A DNA stretch of 64,000 nucleotides from a virus: positions 1-64,000 of IMG/VR virus record IMGVR_UViG_3300036790_000270; one strand, written 5' to 3'. The position numbers and the translations under genes were made by a program. The notes beneath the pieces are model-generated. The model was not told the origin of the DNA, did not search any database, and saw only the letters and a program-made list of their open reading frames with translations. Positions 1 through 8,626 of the stretch are shown here, piece by piece (the stretch's first letter is position 1; every line of letters starts with the position of its first letter).

Positions 1-250
1 GGGGTGCCGGGCGTCGCCTGAATCTCCCGCAGAACCCTCAGGTAAGTATCTGGCATGGTGTTATTCCTGTTCCTTCCTCTCAAACAGATCCCAGCGGATC
101 ACGTGGACACTGAGGATCTCGCCAGCCTCAACGTACGCGTAACGAAGTGCATCGAACATGGCCTGAATGGCTGTGTGCTCGGCATCAGCGGCACTGTCGG
201 CATCCGCGGCGAGCGACAGCGACATGGCGCGGTGGTCAGGCGGTCACTGG

Positions 251-544
251 TCAGCCCAGTTCCTTTCTTGCCTTGTACTCAGCAATGAGGTTGCCCGCCC
301 ACCGGTCGTTCGCCTCAGGCGAGTCATCGAACGGGATGAACCGGTCGTGCGGTCCCGGCTCGGCCGGGTTGTACTCGCTGCCCGGCTGCATGACGCCGCG
401 CCGGAACGCCTGCTCCCATTCGCGGTGCAGTACCGACTGCCGCCACGGGAGCTTGTTCTCTAGCCGTTCCATGTCCTCGGTGATCAGCTGGCAGTTACGG
501 AACGGCGCACGTCCCGATGACGGCCGGAACCAGGTGCGCCTCAT
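251..544 (-). CDS. hypothetical phage protein
   Basis: 3' part of ORF 251..916; the ATG at 544 overlaps the TGA stop of the upstream gene (ATGA coupling). Confidence 0.55.
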   Translation of the reverse strand: MRRTWFRPSSGRAPFRNCQLITEDMERLENKLPWRQSVLHREWEQAFRRGVMQPGSEYNPAEPGPHDRFIPFDDSPEANDRWAGNLIAEYKARKELG

Positions 545-882
545 GACGCGTCCGGCAGCATGGCGTACAGCCCGCGTGCGTTCTCCGGCAGGCTTTCCGG
601 TGCGTACTCGAACCTGGTGCCCAGCGGGCCGACGATGGCGACGCGGCCGAACCCGGCTACGTACACGTGCACGACGTCGGTACCCGGGTGAACGTGCAGC
701 CCGATGTTGCCCTCGCCGAGGGGGCTGTTGCTGTACGCGCCCGGCTGTGACGGGTCGACCGCCATGCTGCGAAGCTCGCTGTAGGTGAGCTGGTTCACGG
801 TTTGTCTCCTTGCTTTCGCGTCGGTGTTCAGGTTGTCGCGCTCTTCGGCGCTCATGCTGTCCGGGTAACTGCTCACGGTCAC
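541..882 (-). CDS. hypothetical phage protein
   Basis: 113 aa ORF, GAGGAG RBS, GTGA overlap with the upstream gene. Confidence 0.65.
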   Translation of the reverse strand: MTVSSYPDSMSAEERDNLNTDAKARRQTVNQLTYSELRSMAVDPSQPGAYSNSPLGEGNIGLHVHPGTDVVHVYVAGFGRVAIVGPLGTRFEYAPESLPENARGLYAMLPDAS

Positions 883-1361
883 TTCTCCTCTGCGTCATCG
901 CCGCCGACGTCGTCACGTTCCGCGTTGAACCCGGCTAGCCTGTCTGCTTCCTCGCAGTACAGCGGGCAGGTGCCGTCTGCGGTTCGGATGCGGTTGCTGT
1001 ACGGGCACCAGTCCCCTACGTCGTTGCGGTGTTCGGGTACCTGCTCCAGGCCGTCTAGGTCCTGTAGCGGGTCCTCGGCCTCGTACCCGTCCGGCCCGTA
1101 CAGGACGCCGGCGATCAGCGTGTCCTCGTCGTCGTTCAGGCTGGCGCGCATTTCCCCGACCGCCAGTTCCTCGGCTTCTTCAGCGGTAGCCGCGACAGCA
1201 GATGCTGCCCACGCGCCCTTTGCGCCGTCGATCACTTCGCTGCCGTCATCCAGGTAGTCGCTGCCGCCGTAGACGCTGTGCTCGCCTTCGACTACTCCCA
1301 CGCTGACCGGCTCGTCTTCCACCCAGAGCCCTATGACGGTCCACGCCTTGCTGTCGCTCAT
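879..1361 (-). CDS. acidic hypothetical protein
   Basis: ATG at 1361 preceded by AAGGAG; D/E-rich; C-terminal Cys pairs. Confidence 0.65.
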   Translation of the reverse strand: MSDSKAWTVIGLWVEDEPVSVGVVEGEHSVYGGSDYLDDGSEVIDGAKGAWAASAVAATAEEAEELAVGEMRASLNDDEDTLIAGVLYGPDGYEAEDPLQDLDGLEQVPEHRNDVGDWCPYSNRIRTADGTCPLYCEEADRLAGFNAERDDVGGDDAEEK

Positions 1362-1389
1362 GCTCGGTTCTCCTTGCGTGATTGTGCTA

Positions 1390-1405
1390 AGTGCCACGTG
1401 GCACT
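1390..1405. repeat. palindromic intergenic repeat AGTGCCACGTGGCACT, copy 1 of 10
   Basis: perfect 16-bp palindrome between the stop of 1417..2493 and the RBS of 879..1361. Confidence 0.95.
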
Positions 1406-1416
1406 AACTATTCCGG

Positions 1417-2493
1417 TTAGTCGACCTGCCCGCCGACCGACCAGGACCGGCCCTCGGGCACCGTGTTCTTCACGAGCTGGTACCAGGTCTTGCCGTCGCC
1501 CAGCTTGAGCGTGCGGTGCTCCGGACGGCGGCCGGCCTCGCGCGGGCGGTGCCGCATGAAACCACGGCCGTAGGTGACCCCGTACTCGTCCTTCCGTACT
1601 TCGGTCACCTGGTGGTTGACGCCGAGAACGTACGCGCTTGGCGTGCTCGGTGCGTTTAGCTCACGGGTCTGGCGGGTTGACCTGACGGCGAACACGTCCC
1701 CTTGCCGCAGTACCTCGCGGCTTCCGCTTTCCGCTTCGATGACCTGCGGCGGCTTCAGCGCCTCGCGGGCTTCCGCTACCGTCTGCGGCTTCGCGCCCTC
1801 TGGCAGCTGCGTGAGGAAGTACAGGCCGAAACCCGGCTCGTTCTCGTCGAACGCCGACAGGAAGTACGCTGACCCGCTGACGTACTGCCCGGCCGGGTGC
1901 ACCATCCGGTGCGTCAGGTCCATGTACGCGGGCTCGCGGTGCCAGTACTGGTAGTTCGCCGTGAACACGGTCTCGCCCAGGTGGTGGACCTTGATCTCGT
2001 ACGACCAGTCACCGCCGGGCAGCTGCTGCCAGTTCCGCGTGTAATGCGTGTCCCCGAGATCCCACTTACTGGGGGCTTCCGGGCGCGTACGCGTCTCCGA
2101 GGTGTACCGGTCCGGCAGCGTCTCGACGGCCGTGATGCTGTTGTGCTTGATGCCGGCCTGGTTCAGTGCGGAGAACGGGATGATCAGGAACGGCAGTCCC
2201 GTATCCCGGACCAGTGCCTGGACTGCAGTCTGCATACTGGTGGTGGACTGCCCCCAGCCGCGCCTGCCTGACCAGCGGTCACCGTTCAGCAGCCACCAGC
2301 CGCGCCTGCTGCTCCCCGACGGCATGATCACGGCGAGAGGGAAATGCCGCCCGTAACTGAATATGGCGTCATTGCCGTCTAGCGTGCCCTGGTAGATTCC
2401 TTGCAGGTGATAGTCGCTGAAGAAGTGCTGGTTGTCGGTGCCCGCGTCCCGGATGAACCTTTCGATGATCTCAGACATTCTCTTACCGGACAT
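1417..2493 (-). CDS. hypothetical phage protein (358 aa)
   Basis: long ORF with AAGGAG RBS; no family recognised. Confidence 0.75.
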   Translation of the reverse strand: MSGKRMSEIIERFIRDAGTDNQHFFSDYHLQGIYQGTLDGNDAIFSYGRHFPLAVIMPSGSSRRGWWLLNGDRWSGRRGWGQSTTSMQTAVQALVRDTGLPFLIIPFSALNQAGIKHNSITAVETLPDRYTSETRTRPEAPSKWDLGDTHYTRNWQQLPGGDWSYEIKVHHLGETVFTANYQYWHREPAYMDLTHRMVHPAGQYVSGSAYFLSAFDENEPGFGLYFLTQLPEGAKPQTVAEAREALKPPQVIEAESGSREVLRQGDVFAVRSTRQTRELNAPSTPSAYVLGVNHQVTEVRKDEYGVTYGRGFMRHRPREAGRRPEHRTLKLGDGKTWYQLVKNTVPEGRSWSVGGQVD

Positions 2494-2550
2494 GCGTGTT
2501 TCTCCTTGTCGTGTGTTTTGCTCAGTGCCACTAAGTCGTGCTGACTGTGG

Positions 2551-2694
2551 TTAGCTGTCGTTTCGCTTGCCAGTCAGTACCAGCAGCCACAGCGTGTCGA
2601 ACGCCTCGCTGACCTCGGGCGGGTTGTCCAGCTTCTCCGCCGGGTTGTCGGCGACGTAAGCTTCTAGCAGCCGTAGTGCGGCAGTTGGCGTCAT
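2551..2694 (-). CDS. small hypothetical protein (47 aa, MTPTAALRLL...)
   Basis: read manually; GAGGAG RBS lies within the end of the GMC gene. Confidence 0.5.
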   Translation of the reverse strand: MTPTAALRLLEAYVADNPAEKLDNPPEVSEAFDTLWLLVLTGKRNDS

Positions 2695-2695
2695 G

Positions 2696-4207
2696 TCAGT
2701 TCTCCTCTAGCAGGTGCTGACCGACGCGGAGCGCGTTGGCCATGATCGTCAGCGCGGGGTTGACCGCGCCGATACTCGGGAACACCGATGCGTCCGTGAC
2801 GTACAGGTTGTCCAGGTCGTGCGCCTTGCAGTGCACGTCAACAACCGATGTTGCCGGGTCGTTACCCATCCGCGCGGTGCCCGCCTGGTGCGCGACGCCG
2901 GCTAGCGGGATCTGCTTGCCCGCGAACCACGTGTGATTGAGCATCCCGGTGACGCGCATGATCTCGCGCAGCTTCATGTACAGCCCGCGAGCTTCTGATT
3001 CGTTTGTCGGCGTGTACGCCAGGTGCACGTTCCCCCCCGTGTCCAGGGTTACCCGGTTCTGCGCCAGGGGCAGGTCCTCGGTGGTCAGCCAGAAGTCCAC
3101 GCTGTGCGCGGCGATTTTCGCCAGCGGCCATTCGGGCGCCAGCATCGCCAGCCTGCTCTCACTGCGCATCGCCGCCGCGCACGACTTGCCCACCATCTGA
3201 ATCGATCCGAGCGAACCGTAGAAGTCATGCAGGGCCATGGTCTTCTGGAACACCGTGTGATTCGGCTTCCGGTCAACCGCGATCACCGCGCGGCTGTTGT
3301 GCATCATGAAGTTCCGGCCGACCTGACCCGAACTGTTGGCGATGCCTGACTGCAAGAGGATCTTGGCAGTGTTGACCGCGCCGGCCGCGAGCACCACGTT
3401 GTCAGCGCTGTACCAGTCATGCCCGCCAAGATGCACGCCGTCCTGTGCCTGCTGTTTCGCCCACACGCCCATGACTCGCCCGTTGCGGACGACGATCTCG
3501 TCAACCTCAGCGCCGGTCACCAGCGTGACGTTCGGGTAGTCGACGATCGGTTTGACCGCGATCACGTCAGCGTCAGCTTTGCCGTTGACCAGGCAGGGGT
3601 GCCCGTCGCAGGTACCGCACTTGACACACGGCAGTTCCGGCTTGCTCCCGCTGCCGCTCTCGTTCAGCAGGACGGCGGACGGCGCGTGGAACGGGTGGTA
3701 GCCCTCGGCGGCCAGCTGACCGGAGATCTCCGCGATGCGCGGTGCGTGCCGGACCGGCGGGTGCGGGTACTGCCGGGACCATGCTCCCTCGGTCGGGTCC
3801 TCGCCGTGTCGCCCGTGCACCTGGTACATCTGCTCCGCAGCCGAGTAGAACGGTTCCATGTCGCCGTAGCTGACCGGCCATGCGGGTGAAGTGCCGTCAA
3901 CGTGCCCGGTCACGTCGAAGTCTTCCGGTCGCAGCCGGAACAGCGCCGCGCCGTACAACTTGGTCGCGCCCCCCACGTAGTAGTGGCTCTGCGGCTGGAA
4001 CGGCTTCCCGTGCCGGTCGTACCAGGTATCCGGCGAGATGTACCGGCCGTCCTCGAACACGGCCTCCGGGTCCCAGTTCTGCGCCTCCTGCGGCAGGAAG
4101 CCGCCCCGTTCGAGGATCAGGATCTTCCGGCCGGCCCGCGCCAGCTTGCTCGCGATCGTGCCGCCGCCGGCGCCGCTGCCGATGATGATGAACTCGTAGT
4201 CACTCAT
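2696..4207 (-). CDS. GMC-family FAD oxidoreductase
   Basis: IIIGSGAGGG FAD-binding motif, VGGATKLYGAALFR, AHQAGTARMG, NLYVTDASVFPSIGAVNPALTIMANALRV C-terminal GMC signature. Confidence 0.92.
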   Translation of the reverse strand: MSDYEFIIIGSGAGGGTIASKLARAGRKILILERGGFLPQEAQNWDPEAVFEDGRYISPDTWYDRHGKPFQPQSHYYVGGATKLYGAALFRLRPEDFDVTGHVDGTSPAWPVSYGDMEPFYSAAEQMYQVHGRHGEDPTEGAWSRQYPHPPVRHAPRIAEISGQLAAEGYHPFHAPSAVLLNESGSGSKPELPCVKCGTCDGHPCLVNGKADADVIAVKPIVDYPNVTLVTGAEVDEIVVRNGRVMGVWAKQQAQDGVHLGGHDWYSADNVVLAAGAVNTAKILLQSGIANSSGQVGRNFMMHNSRAVIAVDRKPNHTVFQKTMALHDFYGSLGSIQMVGKSCAAAMRSESRLAMLAPEWPLAKIAAHSVDFWLTTEDLPLAQNRVTLDTGGNVHLAYTPTNESEARGLYMKLREIMRVTGMLNHTWFAGKQIPLAGVAHQAGTARMGNDPATSVVDVHCKAHDLDNLYVTDASVFPSIGAVNPALTIMANALRVGQHLLEEN

Positions 4208-4251
4208 GCTTTTCCTTTCTGGGTTCGTGCAGGTGAGCACGCGGAAAGCTA

Positions 4252-4267
4252 AGTGCCACGTGGCACC
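4252..4267. repeat. palindromic repeat copy 2 (ends CACC)
   Basis: lies within the 30-bp GCACGCGGAAAGCTAAGTGCCACGTGGCAC (4237-4266), which is identical to 7470-7499. Confidence 0.92.
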
Positions 4268-4282
4268 TAGCCTCCCGTCTGC

Positions 4283-4537
4283 CTAGCTGACCACCCATCC
4301 CTGCGGCGTCCACGTCAGCGCCGCTGACCAGTCGCCCCCGTGCACGCACGCCGAGATGCCCCCCTGCAACGTAAGCTCGTCCAGTGACCACTGATGGTCC
4401 CCGAACGGCAGCAGCCCCGGCATCGTGGTGAATGACAGGAATTCCGGGTAATGGCCGACCGCGAACGTGAACGACCTTTTCGTGTGCGGCGCGTCATGCC
4501 CTTTCAGCAGTGGCGCCACGTGCACCAGGGCGGTCAT
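4283..4537 (-). CDS. hypothetical protein
   Basis: 84 aa ORF with GGAGG RBS. Confidence 0.55.
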   Translation of the reverse strand: MTALVHVAPLLKGHDAPHTKRSFTFAVGHYPEFLSFTTMPGLLPFGDHQWSLDELTLQGGISACVHGGDWSAALTWTPQGWVVS

Positions 4538-4663
4538 TGCCCGTCCTCCTCTGCGTCATAGCCCACCGTCGAGTAGTAGGTCTCGTCTGACTCCAGGCAC
4601 ATCCGCAGGAACCTCCGCGCCGCGCCCGCGATTTTCTTCCACATGCTGATTCCCCTTCTCCTT

Positions 4664-4679
4664 AGTGCCACGTGGCACC
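4664..4679. repeat. palindromic repeat copy 3 (ends CACC)
   Basis: directly before the AAGGAG RBS of a 36-aa ORF (4534-4644). Confidence 0.92.
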
Positions 4680-4788
4680 AAGGAAATTTTTCGTTTGCAC
4701 CAGTTGTTTCCGGTTGCGCGATACGGGCCCGGCCACCAGAAGCACGAGCCCATATCCGAGACGCCGGGCCCGTATCGCGCGAGATTAG

Positions 4789-5088
4789 CTAGAAGCGGCC
4801 TACGTAGTCGAGGGCTTCCTGGCACCCGTTGACGCCTACTGTCGCGCCTACCACGACGGTGGAGTCAACCAGGTTAAGCACCGACATGAACGTCAGCACC
4901 GCGACCAGGCTGATCAGTGCTATGTGGATGTGCAGCCGGCGGCGGAAGCGGGCAGCCTCGTCTTCTTCCGCCAGCACCAGCCGGTGCACCTCGGCGCACA
5001 CCCGGTGATGCGCCTTGTCTCGTTCGGCTTTCAGCCGTTTCACGCACTTACGGCACGGGCTCGTGATCTCACGGATTGGAAAGCTCAT
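4789..5088 (-). CDS. putative membrane protein
   Basis: CxxC near the N-terminus; hydrophobic C-terminal segment. Confidence 0.5.
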   Translation of the reverse strand: MSFPIREITSPCRKCVKRLKAERDKAHHRVCAEVHRLVLAEEDEAARFRRRLHIHIALISLVAVLTFMSVLNLVDSTVVVGATVGVNGCQEALDYVGRF

Positions 5089-5464
5089 GCGCGGGGATCT
5101 CCTTGTAGGTGCCGGTGTCAACTTCGTAGGTAGCCACGATCGGGGCGTGCTCCGACTGGTTCATGTAGCCGAGCATGAAGTCCGTCGTGTGCTTCTTGCT
5201 CGCGCCGAACGCGAAGTAGTCATCCACGTACAGGAACCGCTGCGACGGGCTGACCGCGCCAATCGTGACGATCACTGAGACTGCGCAGTCGTGCCCGTCC
5301 GGGTACACGATCATCAGCGGCTTCCCGGTCAGCGTGCTAATGCTCGCGCCCAGCGAGATCGCGTGCGCGTCCCCCGCCACCACGATCGCGTCATAGTCGT
5401 CCTCGTGCTTGCACAGGTCCAGCATCGCGCCGTACACCGCGTCCTGAAGGGTATCTGCTGGCAT
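5069..5464 (-). CDS. phosphoribosyltransferase-fold protein
   Basis: FLYVDDYFAFGAS resembles the type I PRTase PRPP-binding loop (VDDxxxTGxT); AAGGAG RBS. Confidence 0.6.
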   Translation of the reverse strand: MPADTLQDAVYGAMLDLCKHEDDYDAIVVAGDAHAISLGASISTLTGKPLMIVYPDGHDCAVSVIVTIGAVSPSQRFLYVDDYFAFGASKKHTTDFMLGYMNQSEHAPIVATYEVDTGTYKEIPAHELSNP

Positions 5465-5500
5465 TGTCTTTCTCCTTCCGTCCGATCCGTTCGGACACGG

Positions 5501-5538
5501 AAAAGGCCCGCTTAATGCCACGTGGCACTAAGCGGGCC
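5501..5538 (-). terminator. palindromic repeat copy 4, extended into a long stem plus U-tract (intrinsic terminator-like)
   Basis: minus strand reads GGCCCGCTTAGTGCC-ACGT-GGCATTAAGCGGGCC-TTTT. Confidence 0.7.
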
Positions 5539-5874
5539 CCACCGTGAGCTAGCGGTCCCAGTATTTCGGAATTTCCGCCGGCCACAATGGGCCGATGTTC
5601 GTTCCAACGCGGGACAGGTTGTACATGCCGTATACCGGATTGTTTCCGTGCCATACCTCGGACGGCTCTATTTCCCAGCCGCGCGCTGCTGCCTGCTTGC
5701 GCATCTCCTCGAATTCTTTTCGCTGCATGTCAGTAGCCGTCCTCGATCGCGTGCAGCCGCGTGTAGAATCGCAGGTTAAGCTTCCGGAAACGGCACCGGC
5801 TGGTCAGCCCGCATAGCTGCGAGTAGACCTTGATCCTGAGTAGTTCGTTGACAGTCATGTGATTTCCTTTCTGC

Positions 5875-5892
5875 TAGTGCCACGTGGCACTA
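5875..5892. repeat. palindromic repeat copy 5 (18-bp perfect)
   Basis: TAGTGCCACGTGGCACTA between the TAA at 5900 and an AGAAAGG RBS. Confidence 0.95.
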
Positions 5893-5899
5893 AGAATGG

Positions 5900-6358
5900 T
5901 TAGCTGTTACAACTGCTGATGTTCGCCGTGACGGAATTAAGAACGCTGGTGACCGTGACTAGCTGCGCGGTGGCGCCGCTGACGTCGCCGGCTGTCATGT
6001 CTTCCCCGGCCGTTACCAGGCCCGTCATGGCCGTGACGTAGTCGGCACTTCCCGGCATCGGGTCAGCGAGCGCGGTAGCCGCGTCGGTGGTGAGTTGCGG
6101 GCCGTCCGTGAATTCAAGCGCTGGCAGGTTGCCCGCGTCCGCGTCCTGCCCCGACTGGGCAAGGTCGCTCTCGATAGCGGTTGTCTCGGTGAGGCCGCCA
6201 CCGGTTGCCCACGCCGCTATTAGTACGCAGGCCGGCACGGGGGAGGAAACCTTAACGGGAGTGACTACCTGACTTGCCCCCGTGCTGCCGCACGCGGTCA
6301 TGCTCACCGCGAGTGCTGCCGTCATCAGGATGACGCCGATAATGCCCTTGATATTCAT
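5900..6358 (-). CDS. putative lipoprotein
   Basis: signal peptide MNIKGIIGVILMTAALAVSMTA-C with a lipobox Cys. Confidence 0.7.
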   Translation of the reverse strand: MNIKGIIGVILMTAALAVSMTACGSTGASQVVTPVKVSSPVPACVLIAAWATGGGLTETTAIESDLAQSGQDADAGNLPALEFTDGPQLTTDAATALADPMPGSADYVTAMTGLVTAGEDMTAGDVSGATAQLVTVTSVLNSVTANISSCNS

Positions 6359-6377
6359 GCTGTTTTCCTTTCTGCTA

Positions 6378-6393
6378 AGTGCCACGCGGCACT
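6378..6393. repeat. palindromic repeat copy 6 (central variant ACGC)
   Basis: flanks nearly identical to those of copy 5. Confidence 0.92.
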
Positions 6394-6401
6394 AAGAACG
6401 G

Positions 6402-6629
6402 TTACTTGCTCGCCGGGAACGTCCACCACAGCACGCGCGTCCATGCACTGGCGAAGCGCGCGTCATTCCCGTCTAGGCGGGACGCGGAATACCGGCGCTC
6501 CCCATCGGGCATCAGAATGGCCGTGAAACTGTATCGCCGGCCCCTGATCAAGCGCGTCCACCGTTGGCTTGACCCGTTTCCCGGCGCGATCGGCGCAATT
6601 GTTGTGATCACGCGCTGCGGCTGCCTCAT
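6402..6629 (-). CDS. hypothetical protein
   Basis: 75 aa ORF, GGAGG RBS, ATGA overlap. Confidence 0.5.
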   Translation of the reverse strand: MRQPQRVITTIAPIAPGNGSSQRWTRLIRGRRYSFTAILMPDGERRYSASRLDGNDARFASAWTRVLWWTFPASK

Positions 6630-6910
6630 GCCGTTCCTCCTTGCCTGCTGATATCAGTTACGCTTGCCTCATGCCAGGCCGTTCCGTCCCAGACGCTGAT
6701 AACCACGTGCGGGATATCCCGGAACGGATCGCCCGTGGGACGCTTGTTGTCGCCGACGGCGAAGACACTGATAGTCCACTGGTCAGCTGTCGGCAGTGAT
6801 TTGTCATTGGTTACGTAATGGTCACCGAAACTTTTTCCGTAACTGTCGGCGAACGGTAGGTGCCGGATTCTCGGCTTGACGTCAGATTCCTTGTTCCACG
6901 GTCCGCGCAT
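6626..6910 (-). CDS. hypothetical protein
   Basis: ATG at 6910 after GGAGG. Confidence 0.6.
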   Translation of the reverse strand: MRGPWNKESDVKPRIRHLPFADSYGKSFGDHYVTNDKSLPTADQWTISVFAVGDNKRPTGDPFRDIPHVVISVWDGTAWHEASVTDISRQGGTA

Positions 6911-6924
6911 GTGATCCTCCGTTC

Positions 6925-6944
6925 TTAGTGCCACGTGGCACTAA
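6925..6944. repeat. palindromic repeat copy 7 (20-bp perfect)
   Basis: TTAGTGCCACGTGGCACTAA. Confidence 0.95.
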
Positions 6945-6948
6945 ACTA

Positions 6949-7200
6949 CTAATGGATTGGTGTTCCGTCCGGGTACTGGGCACTGTTGAAGAACTCGATG
7001 CCTTCGTCGAACCCGCTGTCATACGCCGAAACAGCGCTGTACGTATCGATCCACCCCGGCATCCTTTCCGCTTTGATTACCTCTAGTGGATGGCTATCGC
7101 AGCCATAGGCGCTAACGTACGATGCGTGCGACCACCCGCGCTCACGGCCGGTTATCCGCGCCGCATTCGCCAGCTTCAAAGAGACGTCTAACCGCCTCAC
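6949..7200 (-). CDS. hypothetical protein
   Basis: 83 aa ORF in the co-oriented run. Confidence 0.5.
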   Translation of the reverse strand: MRRLDVSLKLANAARITGRERGWSHASYVSAYGCDSHPLEVIKAERMPGWIDTYSAVSAYDSGFDEGIEFFNSAQYPDGTPIH

Positions 7201-7484
7201 TGCTATCGCTCACGCGGATACCCCCAGCTTCTCCAGTTCCGCTAGCAGTTCGGCTAGCTCTGTGGCATAGGCTGATTCCTGCTCCATCCTGCTTTCTACC
7301 GGGCCCGCGTCCATCACGGCCCCCCTTCCTGTTTCGGTTACCGCGTTACCTGCGCGCGTGGCCACGGGTCACAGTTGACAGGCTGTAACCCGGACCATGC
7401 ACGTAAGTCACACAACACTTTTGACGGATGTCAGACCATGATGACTGACCACCTTTCTCATGCCAGTTGGCACGCGGAAAGCTA

Positions 7485-7500
7485 AGTGCCACGTGGCACT
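7485..7500. repeat. palindromic repeat copy 8
   Basis: perfect 16-mer; shares the 30-bp flank with copy 2. Confidence 0.95.
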
Positions 7501-7527
7501 GACACTTAGCTAACCGTCTGCCAGCGG

Positions 7528-7779
7528 CTAGAACGGTGGTTCGAATGCGTGCACGGTGTTGTCGCCGGCGCGCTCTCGCCACGCTGTCACGTGATCCGTG
7601 GAATGCTTTCCAGTGCTTTCCGGCATTATCGCTACCGGCCAGAAACGGAATTCCGGGAACACGTCACTAGACAGCCTGGTGACGTCCGTCTGAATTGACA
7701 GCCGCATGCTTTCCGCTAGCCGCTTAAGGTCGGCGCCGGTCGTGTGATCGCCGGTGGTGACCTCAACTGTGAATATCAT
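7528..7779 (-). CDS. hypothetical protein
   Basis: 83 aa ORF, AGAAAG RBS. Confidence 0.55.
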   Translation of the reverse strand: MIFTVEVTTGDHTTGADLKRLAESMRLSIQTDVTRLSSDVFPEFRFWPVAIMPESTGKHSTDHVTAWRERAGDNTVHAFEPPF

Positions 7780-7816
7780 GCTGCTACTCTCTTTCTTGGT
7801 GGCCGATTACCGATGG

Positions 7817-8200
7817 TTAGCTGCAGTCCTCGCCGAAGTACTTGACGTCCTCAGTGACGTACTTGGCCGCCGCGCCGCTCCGCACGTCGCTGTACAGGCC
7901 GGCCGCGTCCTCACCCGTGTACTTCCACGGTGCGGATTCGCTCACGGTCATCATCGTGTTCAGGTTGGCCGTGGTCCGCTTGTGGTCCCACGTTGCGAAC
8001 GCCGCGCACGTTCGCTGCGCCGGCGTTGCCGTTGCGGTGGCCGCGTTCGCCACTGCCGCGTACGCGAGTCCGACTACCAGGAACGTAAGCAGGAAGATGC
8101 TGATTCCGATCGCGCGCTTGATCCCCGTGTCCGCCTTAGCCAACGGCGCGGTTTCCTCATGCCGGTCGGTGTGCGTGCCAGTCCCGTTCGTGTACCTCAT
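7817..8200 (-). CDS. putative membrane-anchored or secreted protein
   Basis: hydrophobic helix IGISIFLLTFLVVGLAYAAVA; ATGA overlap with the upstream gene. Confidence 0.6.
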   Translation of the reverse strand: MRYTNGTGTHTDRHEETAPLAKADTGIKRAIGISIFLLTFLVVGLAYAAVANAATATATPAQRTCAAFATWDHKRTTANLNTMMTVSESAPWKYTGEDAAGLYSDVRSGAAAKYVTEDVKYFGEDCS

Positions 8201-8364
8201 GACGATATGCACCCTTCTGGGGAACACCCCACGTAGATAGGTCCCACCCATCTGGCCACGTAGCCTGTGGGCAAGTCAAAGACTGGCCGGAAGTTGGTCG
8301 CGTCGAATTGGACGTGGTAGCGGCCGCACAGTTCCCGCAAGGCGGTTTCCTGCTGTGGTGTCAT
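8197..8364 (-). CDS. small hypothetical protein
   Basis: ATG after GGAAAGG RBS. Confidence 0.55.
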   Translation of the reverse strand: MTPQQETALRELCGRYHVQFDATNFRPVFDLPTGYVARWVGPIYVGCSPEGCISS

Positions 8365-8380
8365 GCTGATTTCCTTTCCT

Positions 8381-8396
8381 AGTGCCACGTGGCACT
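8381..8396. repeat. palindromic repeat copy 9
   Basis: perfect 16-mer between the stop at 8405 and an RBS. Confidence 0.95.
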
Positions 8397-8404
8397 TGAG
8401 GTAG

Positions 8405-8614
8405 TTACGGAACGAGGGTTACCTTGGTCAGTTTCGCGTACCTGATTTGCAAGGTCACGCCGGCCGGCTTGTCATCCTTGTTGATGTACCGCCCGTCCTC
8501 CTTGTGGCCGGCTTGCACGATCCTGAAATCGTTGCCGGCGTTCCAGTCGGCCAGTACGGCGGCCTTAGACCGGTAGTCGCGTCCGTACGCTGGGACCACG
8601 GTGAGATACTGCAT
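8405..8614 (-). CDS. small hypothetical phage protein
   Basis: 69 aa (PAYGRDYRSKAAVLADWNAGNDF), GAGG RBS. Confidence 0.65.
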   Translation of the reverse strand: MQYLTVVPAYGRDYRSKAAVLADWNAGNDFRIVQAGHKEDGRYINKDDKPAGVTLQIRYAKLTKVTLVP

Positions 8615-8626
8615 TGGGTGTTCCTC

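Noticed and set aside
147-788. Plus-strand ORFs across 1-10.7 kb
   Set aside because: Overlap better-supported minus-strand genes that have RBSs and stop/start coupling
4513-4526. GCCACGTGCAC as another palindrome copy
   Set aside because: Imperfect and inside a coding region; likely chance
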